Shown here one piece after another: positions 45,140 through 55,276 of a DNA stretch of 64,000 nt. Below the pieces are notes generated by a model. It saw nothing but the letters and a program-made list of their open reading frames with translations. It did not search any database and was not told the DNA's origin. Position numbers and translations under genes: made by a program. The first letter of the stretch is position 1. Each line of letters opens with the position of its first letter. The stretch covers positions 32,001 through 96,000 of the forward strand of contig CAVZZO010000001.1 of the NCBI GenBank assembly GCA_963779755.1, read 5' to 3'. The stretch is from an uncultured Gemmatimonadales bacterium. Its GTDB lineage: Bacteria > Gemmatimonadota > Gemmatimonadetes > Gemmatimonadales > GWC2-71-9.

Positions 45140-46951
45140 TCAGCGCTCGAACGCCCCGCTCTGGTAGAGGCCGTCATATTCCTTTCGCAGGCTGTCGCTC
45201 AATCCCCGGAAGCGCTCCAGGTCGCCCTGGTACGCCGAATCCCTGCTGAGGTCCTGCAGGGCCAGAGGATCGGAGCGCATATCGTAGAACCCCCCCGAGT
45301 CCTTCCGGCTCAACGGGCTGATGAACTGGAAATCGTCGGTGATGATGGCGTGGGGGTCGAGATGCATGCCGTGGCCCTGTGCTACCTCGGCGAAGACCAG
45401 GGACGGAGCCGCCGGCGTTGCGCTGGTCCAGAATCGGCTCAGCGAACGGCCCGGAAGAGAATCCGCGCTCTCGACCCGGGCGAGCGCCAGCACGGTCCGG
45501 GGGATGTCCCGCAGGCTGACGACGTGGTTGACCGTCACCGCGGCAGGCACGCCGGCCGGATACCGGATGACGAGTGGCACGTGCAGCAATTGGGGATAGA
45601 CGCTGTTGCCGTGCCCGGGAAGGCCGTGCTCACCAAACTGCTCCCCATGATCCGCGGTGATGATGACGATCGTGCTGTCCGCCAGGCCGCGGCGGCGCAG
45701 TTCACGCAGCAGCCTGCCGGTGGCGCGGTCAATCTCCGCAATCGAGGCATCGTAATTGTCACGCAGCCAGGCGATTTTCTCGTCGGGGTCGTCGTTCGCC
45801 GGCTCGTGCAGCATACGGTAAGCCCCGGTGGTGGGGCGGACGAACCGTCTCGCCACGGAGTCGTCCGGGAGATAGGGGAAGTGAGCGTCGAAATAGTTCA
45901 GGAAGACGAAGAACGGCCGGTGCCGGTCCTGCCGATCCAGCCAGCCGAGAAATTCCCGGTTCACGCTCCCGGCATGTTTGCGCCCGAACTTGTTGTAGAA
46001 TCCGATGAGGTTCCGCACCCAGTTCTGGGTCAGCAGAACTTCCGTCAGCCGGGCATAATCGATCGCGGTCCCCAGCGAAGGAGGGTAATCCTCATAGTGC
46101 TCGAACCCCAGGTCGAATCCGTGCTGGGCATCCGCATAGCCGACATTCGCGGTGAAAGCGCCGGTGGCGTACCCGGCCTGGTGCAGCACCGAGGCCAGCG
46201 GGGACGTCGGACTCCGGATCGGCCGGTCATGGGCCCGATAGACCACATAGGGCCATTGTCCGGTGAACAAGGTCGCATGCGACGGCAGGGTCCATGACGC
46301 GGCGCTCATGGCCCGGGCAAAGCGTACCCCTTGCGCACTCAACCGTTCGAGCTCCGGAGTGGTCGGGCGATCGTAGCCGTAGGCGCTGAGGTCGAGCTCC
46401 CGGACCGTATCCCAGACGATCAACAGCACATTCGGGTGCTTGCCCTCGACCGGAGGACGGTCGGCTACCAGGCGGTGTTCCCGGAGAAGCCGTCCACCGG
46501 CGAGCAAGGCCGATTCCAGCATCACCAGGCCAAGCAGCCAGGGGAGGGAGCGCCCCACGAACGCCTGCACTCGCGCGCGTCCGGCGACACGCCCGGCCTG
46601 AACGCCCACACCTGCGGCCAGCAACAGGGCCACTCCCCGCTGCATGTTGGGAAAGATGAGCCACAGGAGCGGCACGACGGCAACGGCGGTGAGGATTCCG
46701 GCCCCGGCGGCGGGAGCCATCAGTCCTCTCCAGGCCCGGTGTACAGCCAGGAGAAGCAACGCGACAAATGCCAGGCAGGCCACGTCGATCACGGGAGCCA
46801 TCCATATGATATCCAGCGGGAGTCGCAGCACGCGTCCCTGACCGAAATGCTGGAAGAGGCGGACCCATCCTTCGACCAGGCCGGCGGCAAGTCCCAGCCA
46901 GAGGGTGAGGACGCCGGCCTGAAGCCACCGCCGGGAAGGATGTGCGTTCAT
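45140..46951 (-). CDS. Membrane-anchored sulfatase-like hydrolase/transferase (paralog 4)
   Basis: About 5 N-terminal TM helices; PNVLLIVWDTVR, SWTLPSHATLFTG, FDAHFPY, ADHGE, GHGNS. Confidence 0.9.
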   Translation of the reverse strand: MNAHPSRRWLQAGVLTLWLGLAAGLVEGWVRLFQHFGQGRVLRLPLDIIWMAPVIDVACLAFVALLLLAVHRAWRGLMAPAAGAGILTAVAVVPLLWLIFPNMQRGVALLLAAGVGVQAGRVAGRARVQAFVGRSLPWLLGLVMLESALLAGGRLLREHRLVADRPPVEGKHPNVLLIVWDTVRELDLSAYGYDRPTTPELERLSAQGVRFARAMSAASWTLPSHATLFTGQWPYVVYRAHDRPIRSPTSPLASVLHQAGYATGAFTANVGYADAQHGFDLGFEHYEDYPPSLGTAIDYARLTEVLLTQNWVRNLIGFYNKFGRKHAGSVNREFLGWLDRQDRHRPFFVFLNYFDAHFPYLPDDSVARRFVRPTTGAYRMLHEPANDDPDEKIAWLRDNYDASIAEIDRATGRLLRELRRRGLADSTIVIITADHGEQFGEHGLPGHGNSVYPQLLHVPLVIRYPAGVPAAVTVNHVVSLRDIPRTVLALARVESADSLPGRSLSRFWTSATPAAPSLVFAEVAQGHGMHLDPHAIITDDFQFISPLSRKDSGGFYDMRSDPLALQDLSRDSAYQGDLERFRGLSDSLRKEYDGLYQSGAFER

Positions 46952-46963
46952 GCCCGGACCTCG

Positions 46964-48778
46964 TCAGTGGGTGAGAACGGCGCGCCGGAGAAGCCCACGC
47001 AATTCCTCAAGGGTGACCCGGCTGGAATCCGCCCCGGACAGATCGAATCGCTCAGCGGGATCGTGCCGGGCGCTGAACAACTCTTCGCCACCCCCGGAGT
47101 TCCGGATATAGCGGTAACCCAGGGCGACCAGCGCTTGCATGTTACCCCGGCTTACGGGATACCAGGCGGGCGTGCGGATGCCGCGACTCACTTCCGAGAG
47201 CACCGGGGACGCCGAATCACCCAGGCCGCCTTGCCAGAACCGGGCCAGGGAGTTCCCCGGAATGGGGTTGTCTCCTCCGAATCCGGCCAGATCCACGAGT
47301 GTCGCCGCCACGTCGCGCAGGCTCACCGCCCGGTTCACCGTCACTGCCGCCGGGACGCGGGGCGGGTACACGATCAGCAGCGGCACTTCGACGGAGGGCC
47401 GGTAGAGTGAATTTCCATGATCGAACACTCCGTGCTCGCCGAACTCCTCGCCGTGGTCGGCGGTGATGACCACCACCGTGTTCTGCAGCAGGCCGTGCCG
47501 GCCCAGCTCCGCGAAGAGCCGTCCCAGTTCATGATCCAGGTAGGCGAGCGCGCCGTCGTACTGGTCAATTTCCGCTGCGACGGTGGCCGGTGAGGGCAGC
47601 ACCTTGCTGGGGTGCGCGAGATACCGGTGCAGCGGGCTCAGATTGTTGGGGCGCGGGACGCCGCCAAAGCGCCGGTCGTAAGGTGCCGGGGACAGATACG
47701 GATCGTGCGCGTCATAATAGTTGAGAAAGGCAAAGAAGGGCCGCTCAGGCGACCGGCCTGCCCAGCGGAGAAACGAGCGGGAGATTTCCGGCGCCCCGAT
47801 GCGCACGAGGTGCTGATCGCTGCCAATCAGCCGTCGCAGCCGGAGGCTTCGGTCCAATTGACGGCCGATGGAGGTGCAGGCGAGGATCACGCGCGGCGAG
47901 ACGGGGAAGTCGCGATAATGTGCGAAACCGCGCTCCAGGCCAAACTCCCAGCTCAGGTACCCGACATTGGCCACGAAGGCGCCGGTGCGATAACCCCGGC
48001 TGGCGAATACTTCCGCCAGCGTAGGCACCCGGCCGTCCAGCGGTGTGAGCCAGTCGGCCGACAGGTCATGAGGATACCGCCCGGTGAGTAGACTGGCATG
48101 GGACGGGAGGGTCCACGGGGCAGTGGAGAAGGGATGCGCGAAGCGGGTCCCGTGCAGAGCGAACCTCTCCAGCTCCGGGGTGGTCTCTCGATCGTACCCG
48201 TAGAGACTCAGGTGGTCGGCCCGGACCGTGTCCAGAATCAACAGCAGAATATTGGGGTGCCCCGGAAGAGGCGCCGGGAGCCGGGCCGAGGCCCGCTGCT
48301 CCCGCCACCATCCCAGCCCGAGGCTGGCGCCCGCGATCAGAAGCACCAGCACCGCCAGGGATGTCAGCACCGGCAGGGCCCGCCGCTCGATCGCCGCACC
48401 GCGCTTGTCGAGCAGCCGCCCTCCCTGCCACCCGATACCGGCCGCCAGCAGCACGGCCGCAGGACGGGAAAACCAGGGAACCATGAACAGGAGCGCGCTG
48501 GCGCCGAGCCAGATGAAGATCCCCAGCCCGAAGCGAAGCGGCATGAGTCCGGGCCGGAACCGGGCAAGGGCCGCGATGAGCACGGCCGGCGGAAGAAATA
48601 GGACCAGATCGCCCACGGGGGCCATCCAGCCGAACTGCATGCTCACATGAATCAGCTCGCCGAAGCCCAACCGGCGCAGCAGCAGCACGCCGGCCTCCAG
48701 CAGGCCGGTGGCCAGCCCGATGGCAAGCCCGGTCAGCAACCAGGTTCGCGGCCGGAGGGCCGGGGAGGGAGCGTTCAC
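46964..48778 (-). CDS. Membrane-anchored sulfatase-like hydrolase/transferase (paralog 3)
   Basis: PNILLLILDTVRAD, PWTLPSHASLLTG, YDAHDPY, ADHGE. Confidence 0.9.
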   Translation of the reverse strand: MNAPSPALRPRTWLLTGLAIGLATGLLEAGVLLLRRLGFGELIHVSMQFGWMAPVGDLVLFLPPAVLIAALARFRPGLMPLRFGLGIFIWLGASALLFMVPWFSRPAAVLLAAGIGWQGGRLLDKRGAAIERRALPVLTSLAVLVLLIAGASLGLGWWREQRASARLPAPLPGHPNILLLILDTVRADHLSLYGYDRETTPELERFALHGTRFAHPFSTAPWTLPSHASLLTGRYPHDLSADWLTPLDGRVPTLAEVFASRGYRTGAFVANVGYLSWEFGLERGFAHYRDFPVSPRVILACTSIGRQLDRSLRLRRLIGSDQHLVRIGAPEISRSFLRWAGRSPERPFFAFLNYYDAHDPYLSPAPYDRRFGGVPRPNNLSPLHRYLAHPSKVLPSPATVAAEIDQYDGALAYLDHELGRLFAELGRHGLLQNTVVVITADHGEEFGEHGVFDHGNSLYRPSVEVPLLIVYPPRVPAAVTVNRAVSLRDVAATLVDLAGFGGDNPIPGNSLARFWQGGLGDSASPVLSEVSRGIRTPAWYPVSRGNMQALVALGYRYIRNSGGGEELFSARHDPAERFDLSGADSSRVTLEELRGLLRRAVLTH

Positions 48779-50592
48779 CGGATGCTGGTGGGCAGGAGCT
48801 CGCGGGCTCGCTGCTGGAACCGGGCCATCACGGCCGTGGAATCGGCCGCAAGATTACGGCGCTCTTCCGGATCGACCTGAGTGTCGTATAACTCGACCTG
48901 ACCCGATTGTTCCACGATATACTGCCAATGCCGGCTCACCAGCGATGCTACCCAGCCGCGTGAGGCGGGCCAGTTGGCCGGGACAGTGGACCGCTGCGCC
49001 AGTTCGGCGATTCCGAGGCTGGTCGAATCCGGCGGGGCCAGCAGCGATCGCCCGGGAAAGAGCGTATCCGGCAATCCAGCGGCCTCCGCCAGAGTCGTCG
49101 TCAGCCGTTCCAGGCTCACGGCGTCCTGACGGCGGACTCCGGCCGCGAGGTGACCGGGCCAGAACAGGATCAGCGGGATGTCGACCTGGTCGCGATACAG
49201 GCTGTGCCCATGGAAGTAGAGCCCGTGTTCCCCGAAGCTCTCGCCGTGATCGCTGGTGACGATGACGAGGGTATTCCGTAACCGGCCCCGGCGCTTCAAC
49301 CCCTGGAACAGGGAATCGATCTGGGCGTCGAGATAGAGAATGGACTCATCGTAGGCATCGAGATCGGCACGGATCTTCTCGGGCGGAATCCTGGGGATGT
49401 TTCCGGCGATCGCCCCCAGCTGAATTCCGGGTTCACCCGGCGGGCGCCGGCTGGGGTCGGAAAAGCGGCCGGCGTAGGGAGCGGGCGGGAAGAGCGGGCC
49501 GTGCACATCGAGGTAATTCACGAATGCGAAGAATGGCCGCCGGGGATGATGATCGAGCCATCGCAGCAGGTCCCGGTTGATGTCGGCGGCGGACTTGCGC
49601 CCGGGAATGTCGCGGGGACCGAATCGGGGCCAGACGTCATACGCAAGCTGCCGGCCCAGGACGGTCCGGACCAGGGCATCGCCGAGGTTACCGAAGTAAT
49701 CCTCGTAATGCGCAAAGCCCCGCGCGAGTCCGGTTTCCCGGCCACACCAGTAGATGTTGGCGATAAACCCGCCGGTGGCATAACCCGCCGCGGCGAGCGC
49801 TTCGGCCAGGACCGGAAATCGGCCATCGAGATAGGGTCGCCGCAACACCCCGGCACGGTGCTCGTGCTGCTGCCGGCCGGTCATGATGGTGGCATGGCTG
49901 GGCAGGGTCCAGGACGAACTCGCGGTAGTATGTTCGAACATCCATCCCCGGCTTGCGAGCGTGTCGAGGAATGGGGACGTCGGCCGGGAATATCCGTAGA
50001 GGGACAGGTGGTCCGCCCGCTGAGTATCCATGACCAGCAACAGGATATTGGGGCGGCCCTCGGGCGCCGGCGGGAGGGCCGCAAACACGCGCGCCTCCTT
50101 GAAGCGCGTACCGAGGGTGACGGCGAGGGCGATCAGACCGACCAGGCCCAGCGTCCAGGGGAGAGCACGGCGGGAGGTGGCGAGCCACCAGTCACGGCGC
50201 CGGCGGTAGGCCCGGGTGAGCACCACGGCAAAGCCCAGCCCGAGTAGCAGCGAAGCCACCTGGTTCAGCACGACGCGCTCCAGCGACGCGGCCAGGTAGC
50301 CGCCCAACCCCACCAGAAGGAAGACCAGTCCCACATCCCAGCGCACCCGCGGGGCCGTGAGGGCAAGTCCGCCGGCCACCAATCCAACCACCCCGAATAT
50401 GGCCCCGTACACGAGCGGCGTCACCCAGAGGATGGGGGCGGCCGTCCCGTTGAGCCAGGAGAGGGCGCCGGGGATGAAGGTCCAGGCCATGGCCTCCAGC
50501 CCTTCGATCAGGCCGTAGATCAGCCCCAGCCAGATCCCGAGCAATAACATGTCACGGAGCCGGACCGTTACCGGTCCAGGTGAGGTAGTCAT
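48775..50592 (-). CDS. Membrane-anchored sulfatase-like hydrolase/transferase (paralog 2)
   Basis: PNILLLVMDTQRAD, SWTLPSHATIMTG, LDVHGP, SDHGE. Confidence 0.9.
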   Translation of the reverse strand: MTTSPGPVTVRLRDMLLLGIWLGLIYGLIEGLEAMAWTFIPGALSWLNGTAAPILWVTPLVYGAIFGVVGLVAGGLALTAPRVRWDVGLVFLLVGLGGYLAASLERVVLNQVASLLLGLGFAVVLTRAYRRRRDWWLATSRRALPWTLGLVGLIALAVTLGTRFKEARVFAALPPAPEGRPNILLLVMDTQRADHLSLYGYSRPTSPFLDTLASRGWMFEHTTASSSWTLPSHATIMTGRQQHEHRAGVLRRPYLDGRFPVLAEALAAAGYATGGFIANIYWCGRETGLARGFAHYEDYFGNLGDALVRTVLGRQLAYDVWPRFGPRDIPGRKSAADINRDLLRWLDHHPRRPFFAFVNYLDVHGPLFPPAPYAGRFSDPSRRPPGEPGIQLGAIAGNIPRIPPEKIRADLDAYDESILYLDAQIDSLFQGLKRRGRLRNTLVIVTSDHGESFGEHGLYFHGHSLYRDQVDIPLILFWPGHLAAGVRRQDAVSLERLTTTLAEAAGLPDTLFPGRSLLAPPDSTSLGIAELAQRSTVPANWPASRGWVASLVSRHWQYIVEQSGQVELYDTQVDPEERRNLAADSTAVMARFQQRARELLPTSIR

Positions 50593-52400
50593 GGCGTACT
50601 CCTGATGGCACCGGTGGCGCGCAACACCGCCTCCAGCCGCGCCATCTCTGCCTTCCCCTCGGCGGTATCGGCCAGGTTGTTCATTTCGGCGGTATCATGG
50701 TCGAAATCATACAGTTCCAACCCACCCTTCCCATCCCGGATCAGGCGCCACCCATCGAGCACCACCGCCCGCATGTCGCCCCGGCTCACCGGCGTGTTGG
50801 GCGGAAGACGAGGCGCCCAGTCGACCTCGCTTACCAGGGTATCCTGACCGGCGTCCGGGCCCAGGTGATTCCAGAGGCGCGCCAGCGAGCGGCCCGGGAA
50901 CGGGGCGTCGCCGAGGCCGGTGAGATCGGCCAACGTGGCAGCGATATCGCGGGTCGAGACCGGCTGATCCACTACCCGCCCGGCCGGAATCGACCGGGGC
51001 CAGCGGATCAGGAGGGGGACCTCCACGGAGGCCCGGTACAGCGAATTCCCGTGAAAGAAGACGCCGTGTTCGCCAAACTCCTCCCCATGATCCGACGTCA
51101 CGACAACCACCGTGCTGTCCAGAATCCCCCGCTGCCGCAATGCCTCGAACAGCTCGCCCAGACGGGCATCGAGCGCGAGGATGGACTCGTCATACGCGGC
51201 GCGGGCCGCGTGGATGACGGCCGGCGACCACTCCCGCCCGGGCGTGTCCTCCTCCAGCGCGTGGATCCGGGCCAGATCCTCCGGCCCTGAAAACCTCCCG
51301 GCAAACGGAGCCGCAGGCTGATAGGGGTCGTGCGCATCCATGTAGTTCAGGAATGCGAAAAATGGCCTCCCGCCCCGGGATCGGGCCAGCCAGCGCAGAA
51401 AGGCACTATTGATGTCCGCGGCGTGCACCCGGAGCATGGACCGCTCCCGGTAGCGGCTGTGGAGGATAAAGCGATTGAAGGCCGAGGAGAGAAGAACCTG
51501 GGCTGGCGTCACGGGATAGTCGCGGTAGTAACCGAAGCCGCGAGCCAGCCCTGTCTGGCGGCTGGCATACTGTGTATTGGCAGCGAAGCCCACGGTGACC
51601 CACCCGTGTCGGCCCAGTGTTTCGGCGAGCGTCGGAAAGGTGGCATCCAGCGGCGACAGCCAGCCGGTGGACAACTCATGCGGCCAGTGGCCGGTGAAGA
51701 TGCTGGCGTGAGCCGGTAGCGTCCAGGGAGCGGGAGATATGGCCCGCCGGAAAAGCACGCCGTCACGGGCGAAACGTTCCAGCGTCGGCGTGGTCGCCCG
51801 CTCATAGCCATAGGCGCTCAAGTCGAGAGCCCGAACCGTGTCGAGAATGATCAGGAGTACGTTGGGCGCGCCGGTGGCCACCGCCTCACGCGAATGCCGG
51901 CGTACCGTCGCCTGCCGCTGCACTTCCAATCCGCCGGCCAGGAGGAGTACCAGCCCTCCCAGGGGAATCAGCGTGGCGGAGACGACCCGCCGGAGGATCG
52001 CCGGCCACCGGCGGGCCAGGCGCGCCGCCTGCACACCGGCGCCAACCGCCAGGAGCACTGCCGCGACCCGGGCAAGCGGCCCGTACTGCAGGGTCAAGGT
52101 GAAAACGCCCAGTGCCGTGTAGCAGCCCAGAGCGAAGGGGAGACCGATTCGGCCCCGGCTCGCCCGCGCGGCCAGGGCGATGATCAGACCCAGGACCAGG
52201 AAGGTCCCCAGGTCTGCAAGGGGAGCCATCCAGACCACGTCCGTCGGCAGGAAGACGAGCCGTCCCAGCAGAAAACGACGGACCCCGAAGAGCGTCGCTT
52301 CGCCGAGACCCGTCAGGATGCCGGCCCAGGCAGCGAGCCGCACGTGATCGCGAACCGGGGGAGCCGGGGACTTCGCCTGCCGGGCCGGAATGCCTGTCAT
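50589..52400 (-). CDS. Membrane-anchored sulfatase-like hydrolase/transferase (paralog 1)
   Basis: PNVLLIILDTVR, PWTLPAHASIFTG, MDAHDPY, SDHGE; start set at MTGIPA. Confidence 0.9.
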   Translation of the reverse strand: MTGIPARQAKSPAPPVRDHVRLAAWAGILTGLGEATLFGVRRFLLGRLVFLPTDVVWMAPLADLGTFLVLGLIIALAARASRGRIGLPFALGCYTALGVFTLTLQYGPLARVAAVLLAVGAGVQAARLARRWPAILRRVVSATLIPLGGLVLLLAGGLEVQRQATVRRHSREAVATGAPNVLLIILDTVRALDLSAYGYERATTPTLERFARDGVLFRRAISPAPWTLPAHASIFTGHWPHELSTGWLSPLDATFPTLAETLGRHGWVTVGFAANTQYASRQTGLARGFGYYRDYPVTPAQVLLSSAFNRFILHSRYRERSMLRVHAADINSAFLRWLARSRGGRPFFAFLNYMDAHDPYQPAAPFAGRFSGPEDLARIHALEEDTPGREWSPAVIHAARAAYDESILALDARLGELFEALRQRGILDSTVVVVTSDHGEEFGEHGVFFHGNSLYRASVEVPLLIRWPRSIPAGRVVDQPVSTRDIAATLADLTGLGDAPFPGRSLARLWNHLGPDAGQDTLVSEVDWAPRLPPNTPVSRGDMRAVVLDGWRLIRDGKGGLELYDFDHDTAEMNNLADTAEGKAEMARLEAVLRATGAIRSTP

Positions 52401-52490
52401 GCCACCGCGCACAGATGGGCCGGGGCCGGCGAGCAAGTCGTCACCGGCCGGCCGGGAAATCCCTTGTACCCGTCAGGCTGAAGCATGTTG

Positions 52491-54257
52491 TCAACAGTCA
52501 ACATTCTGTTGTGTGGAAACAACACATGGAGGCTTGGCACTGCTTGCCGTTCGCGGATGGCGCACCTGATCCCGGGGCGCAAAGATCCGAATGGGAGGGT
52601 TGACCGACGGATAGTCCAGCCGAGGCCGATGCACCCAGGGGAGCAGCGGCGGGGTCTGGAAGGTCGCTGCCGGCACGTAGGAGAGGGAGCCGGCCACCAG
52701 CCGCCGGTACAGCGCCGGAGGAAACGAGGCATCGAAAGGTGCACCGGGGCGGCTGGTGTGGTCGGGCATGATGATGAGAAAACGGGGCCGGCGTTCCTGC
52801 CATCCGGCGATGATCTCCGCCACCTTGGCGGCACTGGTGTCATGCTGGAAGAAGAGACCGTGGTATTCGGTGCTGCGGTCGGTCTGCACCCCGGCCGGTA
52901 GCGGTGGAAGCTTCTGGCTGGCCCCGAAGTATTCCACGTGGTCGCCTGGCTCGAGTCGCTCCGCCAGCCAGGCCGCGGCGCTCCATCGGGCATCCCGCAG
53001 CATGGCGTAGGTCAGATCGATTCCGCGCAGCAGGTTGAGGCCCACCGCCGCAGTCAGCAGGAGCAGGCTGGCCAGCCGGAGGTCAACACGCGATCGGGCC
53101 AGACCCAGTGCCGCGGCGTGACCGGCGAAGATCGCCAGCAATGCCGCCGCCGGGAGGACGTAACGCAGCTGGCCCGACCGGAGCGTGAGAAAGATGAATG
53201 CCAGATAGGACACGGCCGGGAGCACCATCCAGGCCTGTCTTCCCCCCCCGCGGACGATCGCCCACAGGCCGGCCGCAGCGAGCGCGATGCCGGGCCAGGT
53301 GAGGCTCTGGACCAGGTAGCCGGACATGTCGCGTAGGTACCTGAGGTTGCCATCCAGAGTATACGGGAAGGCTATCGGAATGGTCTTCCCCGCGACCGGG
53401 GCGGCTTCCAGCCGACCGGTCGTGAAGGCGAGATGTGCCAGGTAACGTCCGGGTTCAATGAAGAACCCGCTTCCCAGACCCAGCGCAATGAACGCGGCAA
53501 GCAGTCCGCAGGCCCAGGGCGCCCACCAGAGCGGGCGGTGCCAGTCTCGCGGGCCGAGGCCATCGGCGCGAGGGGCAAACAGCGCCGCGGGCACGAAACC
53601 CACGACGGCGCCCAGCGCCGACTCCTTGGTGGCCATGGCGAGACCCAGGGCCACACCCAGCAGAATTGCCCGTCGCCGGGTAACACCGTACTTGACCATC
53701 CGCGCAAGCGCGGCATACCCCAGCATCACGAAGCACAGCATGGGGACATCCACGTTGCCCGTCCGGGCATAATAGAACATGGGATAGAGGGTCATCACGC
53801 TGATCGCGGCCAGGACCCCCGATCGTGGGCCCCAGATCATTCGGGCGGCGGAGTAGGCTCCAAACACGGCACCCAGCGCCAGCACGACAGTGACCAGGTG
53901 AGCCAGAACGGTGAGGACGCGCAGCGTGGAGACCGGATCGGCCAAACCGAACGGGTAGTTGGGACTGGGCGCCCGGAGCTTTCCCGTCAGATACAGGTAG
54001 CCGAGATAGGGGCTGTAGGCGGCATCGGCCAGATAGCTGTACAGCAGGGGATACCCGAAGTTCCGGTCGGGCCTCGGGTGGAGCATGTTACCGATCTCGG
54101 CGATCGGGCCAAGCGGCGATTCGTCGTCTACCGCCCAGGCCTTGACCCGATCGGGCGCGGTGGCCACCGGCGCGCCCCACCACACAGCAGGGAGATACAG
54201 AACCAGCGCCGCCAGCACCAGCCAGGCACCGGGAGACAACCTGCCGCGGGACATCAC
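52491..54257 (-). CDS. GT-C fold integral membrane glycosyltransferase (ArnT/PMT_2-like)
   Basis: About 11-13 TM helices; acidic DDE in the first outer loop; GLAMATK; LRYVLP. Confidence 0.8.
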   Translation of the reverse strand: MMSRGRLSPGAWLVLAALVLYLPAVWWGAPVATAPDRVKAWAVDDESPLGPIAEIGNMLHPRPDRNFGYPLLYSYLADAAYSPYLGYLYLTGKLRAPSPNYPFGLADPVSTLRVLTVLAHLVTVVLALGAVFGAYSAARMIWGPRSGVLAAISVMTLYPMFYYARTGNVDVPMLCFVMLGYAALARMVKYGVTRRRAILLGVALGLAMATKESALGAVVGFVPAALFAPRADGLGPRDWHRPLWWAPWACGLLAAFIALGLGSGFFIEPGRYLAHLAFTTGRLEAAPVAGKTIPIAFPYTLDGNLRYLRDMSGYLVQSLTWPGIALAAAGLWAIVRGGGRQAWMVLPAVSYLAFIFLTLRSGQLRYVLPAAALLAIFAGHAAALGLARSRVDLRLASLLLLTAAVGLNLLRGIDLTYAMLRDARWSAAAWLAERLEPGDHVEYFGASQKLPPLPAGVQTDRSTEYHGLFFQHDTSAAKVAEIIAGWQERRPRFLIIMPDHTSRPGAPFDASFPPALYRRLVAGSLSYVPAATFQTPPLLPWVHRPRLDYPSVNPPIRIFAPRDQVRHPRTASSAKPPCVVSTQQNVDC

Positions 54258-55252
54258 TGACCGGCCGCGCCCACGGGTCGGTTTTCGGGCGCGCCGGTGA
54301 TCTCCGGACTCAGCATCGAACGCTGCACCGCCCAGAGCTCACGCTGAATCATGAAGCCTTGCTGCAGCACGACGGCCATGAGAAAGAATACGATGCCCAG
54401 GATCACGAGCGAGATGCTGAGCAGCGCCATGTACACCGAGACCTCATGCAGCACATAGTAGATCACCGCGGCTACAAAGGACGCGATCCCGAGCGCCAGG
54501 GTAACCATGCTCAGGGCCAGGACATAACGCACGGGATGCGCGAAGAGGCTGAACAGGCTGTGGGAGACGATCAGACGCCGGATGCGCGAGGAGCTCTTGC
54601 GCTTCACCCGCTGTCCCTGGTGCTTGTACTCCTTCCACTCCAGCAGGGCCGGTATCTCCCGGATCCGGGCGCCAAAGGCGCTGCTCTTGAGAATGACCTC
54701 CAGATGGAACTCCTTGCCGTCCTCCGAGAGCGGCAGTGACTGGATCAGCCGCCGCCGGTAGGCCCGCGTCATGCCGGTGTTCATGGTCACCGCGTTGGAC
54801 ATCGCGGCCCGGATCACCAGGTTCCCCAGCCGGCTGAGCCAGACCCGTTTGAAGGGGACGTGCCGATAGCCACCCCCCGGCAGATGCGGACTGGCCACCA
54901 CGATATCCGTTTCCGGCCAGCGCTGCATGGCGCCAACCAGCTCGTGCACGATCCGGTCTCCCCAGGACAGGTCGATTTCCGTCGTCACGATGATCTCGCC
55001 GCGCGCCCGGATGATGCCCGTGCGGAGGGCATACCCCCGCCCACGGTTGTGGGGGTAGCCCAGCACCCGCAGGCGGGGTTCGATGGCTTCCAGTCGCCGG
55101 GCGATGGCCTCGGACCCGTCGGTGGAGCCGTCGTTCACCACGATCAGTTCCCAGTTACCCTCGAGGGTCTGCAGCTGTTCCAGGAGCTGCGTGATGGCAT
55201 GCTCCAGGATTCCGGCTTCGTTATAGAACGGACAAACTACCGAGATGTCCAT
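54254..55252 (-). CDS. GT2 polyprenol-phosphate glycosyltransferase (ArnC/GtrB/Dpm1-like)
   Basis: ISVVCPFYNE, VVNDGSTDGS, NRGRGYAL, EID; two C-terminal TM helices. Confidence 0.92.
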   Translation of the reverse strand: MDISVVCPFYNEAGILEHAITQLLEQLQTLEGNWELIVVNDGSTDGSEAIARRLEAIEPRLRVLGYPHNRGRGYALRTGIIRARGEIIVTTEIDLSWGDRIVHELVGAMQRWPETDIVVASPHLPGGGYRHVPFKRVWLSRLGNLVIRAAMSNAVTMNTGMTRAYRRRLIQSLPLSEDGKEFHLEVILKSSAFGARIREIPALLEWKEYKHQGQRVKRKSSSRIRRLIVSHSLFSLFAHPVRYVLALSMVTLALGIASFVAAVIYYVLHEVSVYMALLSISLVILGIVFFLMAVVLQQGFMIQRELWAVQRSMLSPEITGAPENRPVGAAGQ

Positions 55253-55276
55253 AACGCCTCCCCCGCGAAGAGCAGG

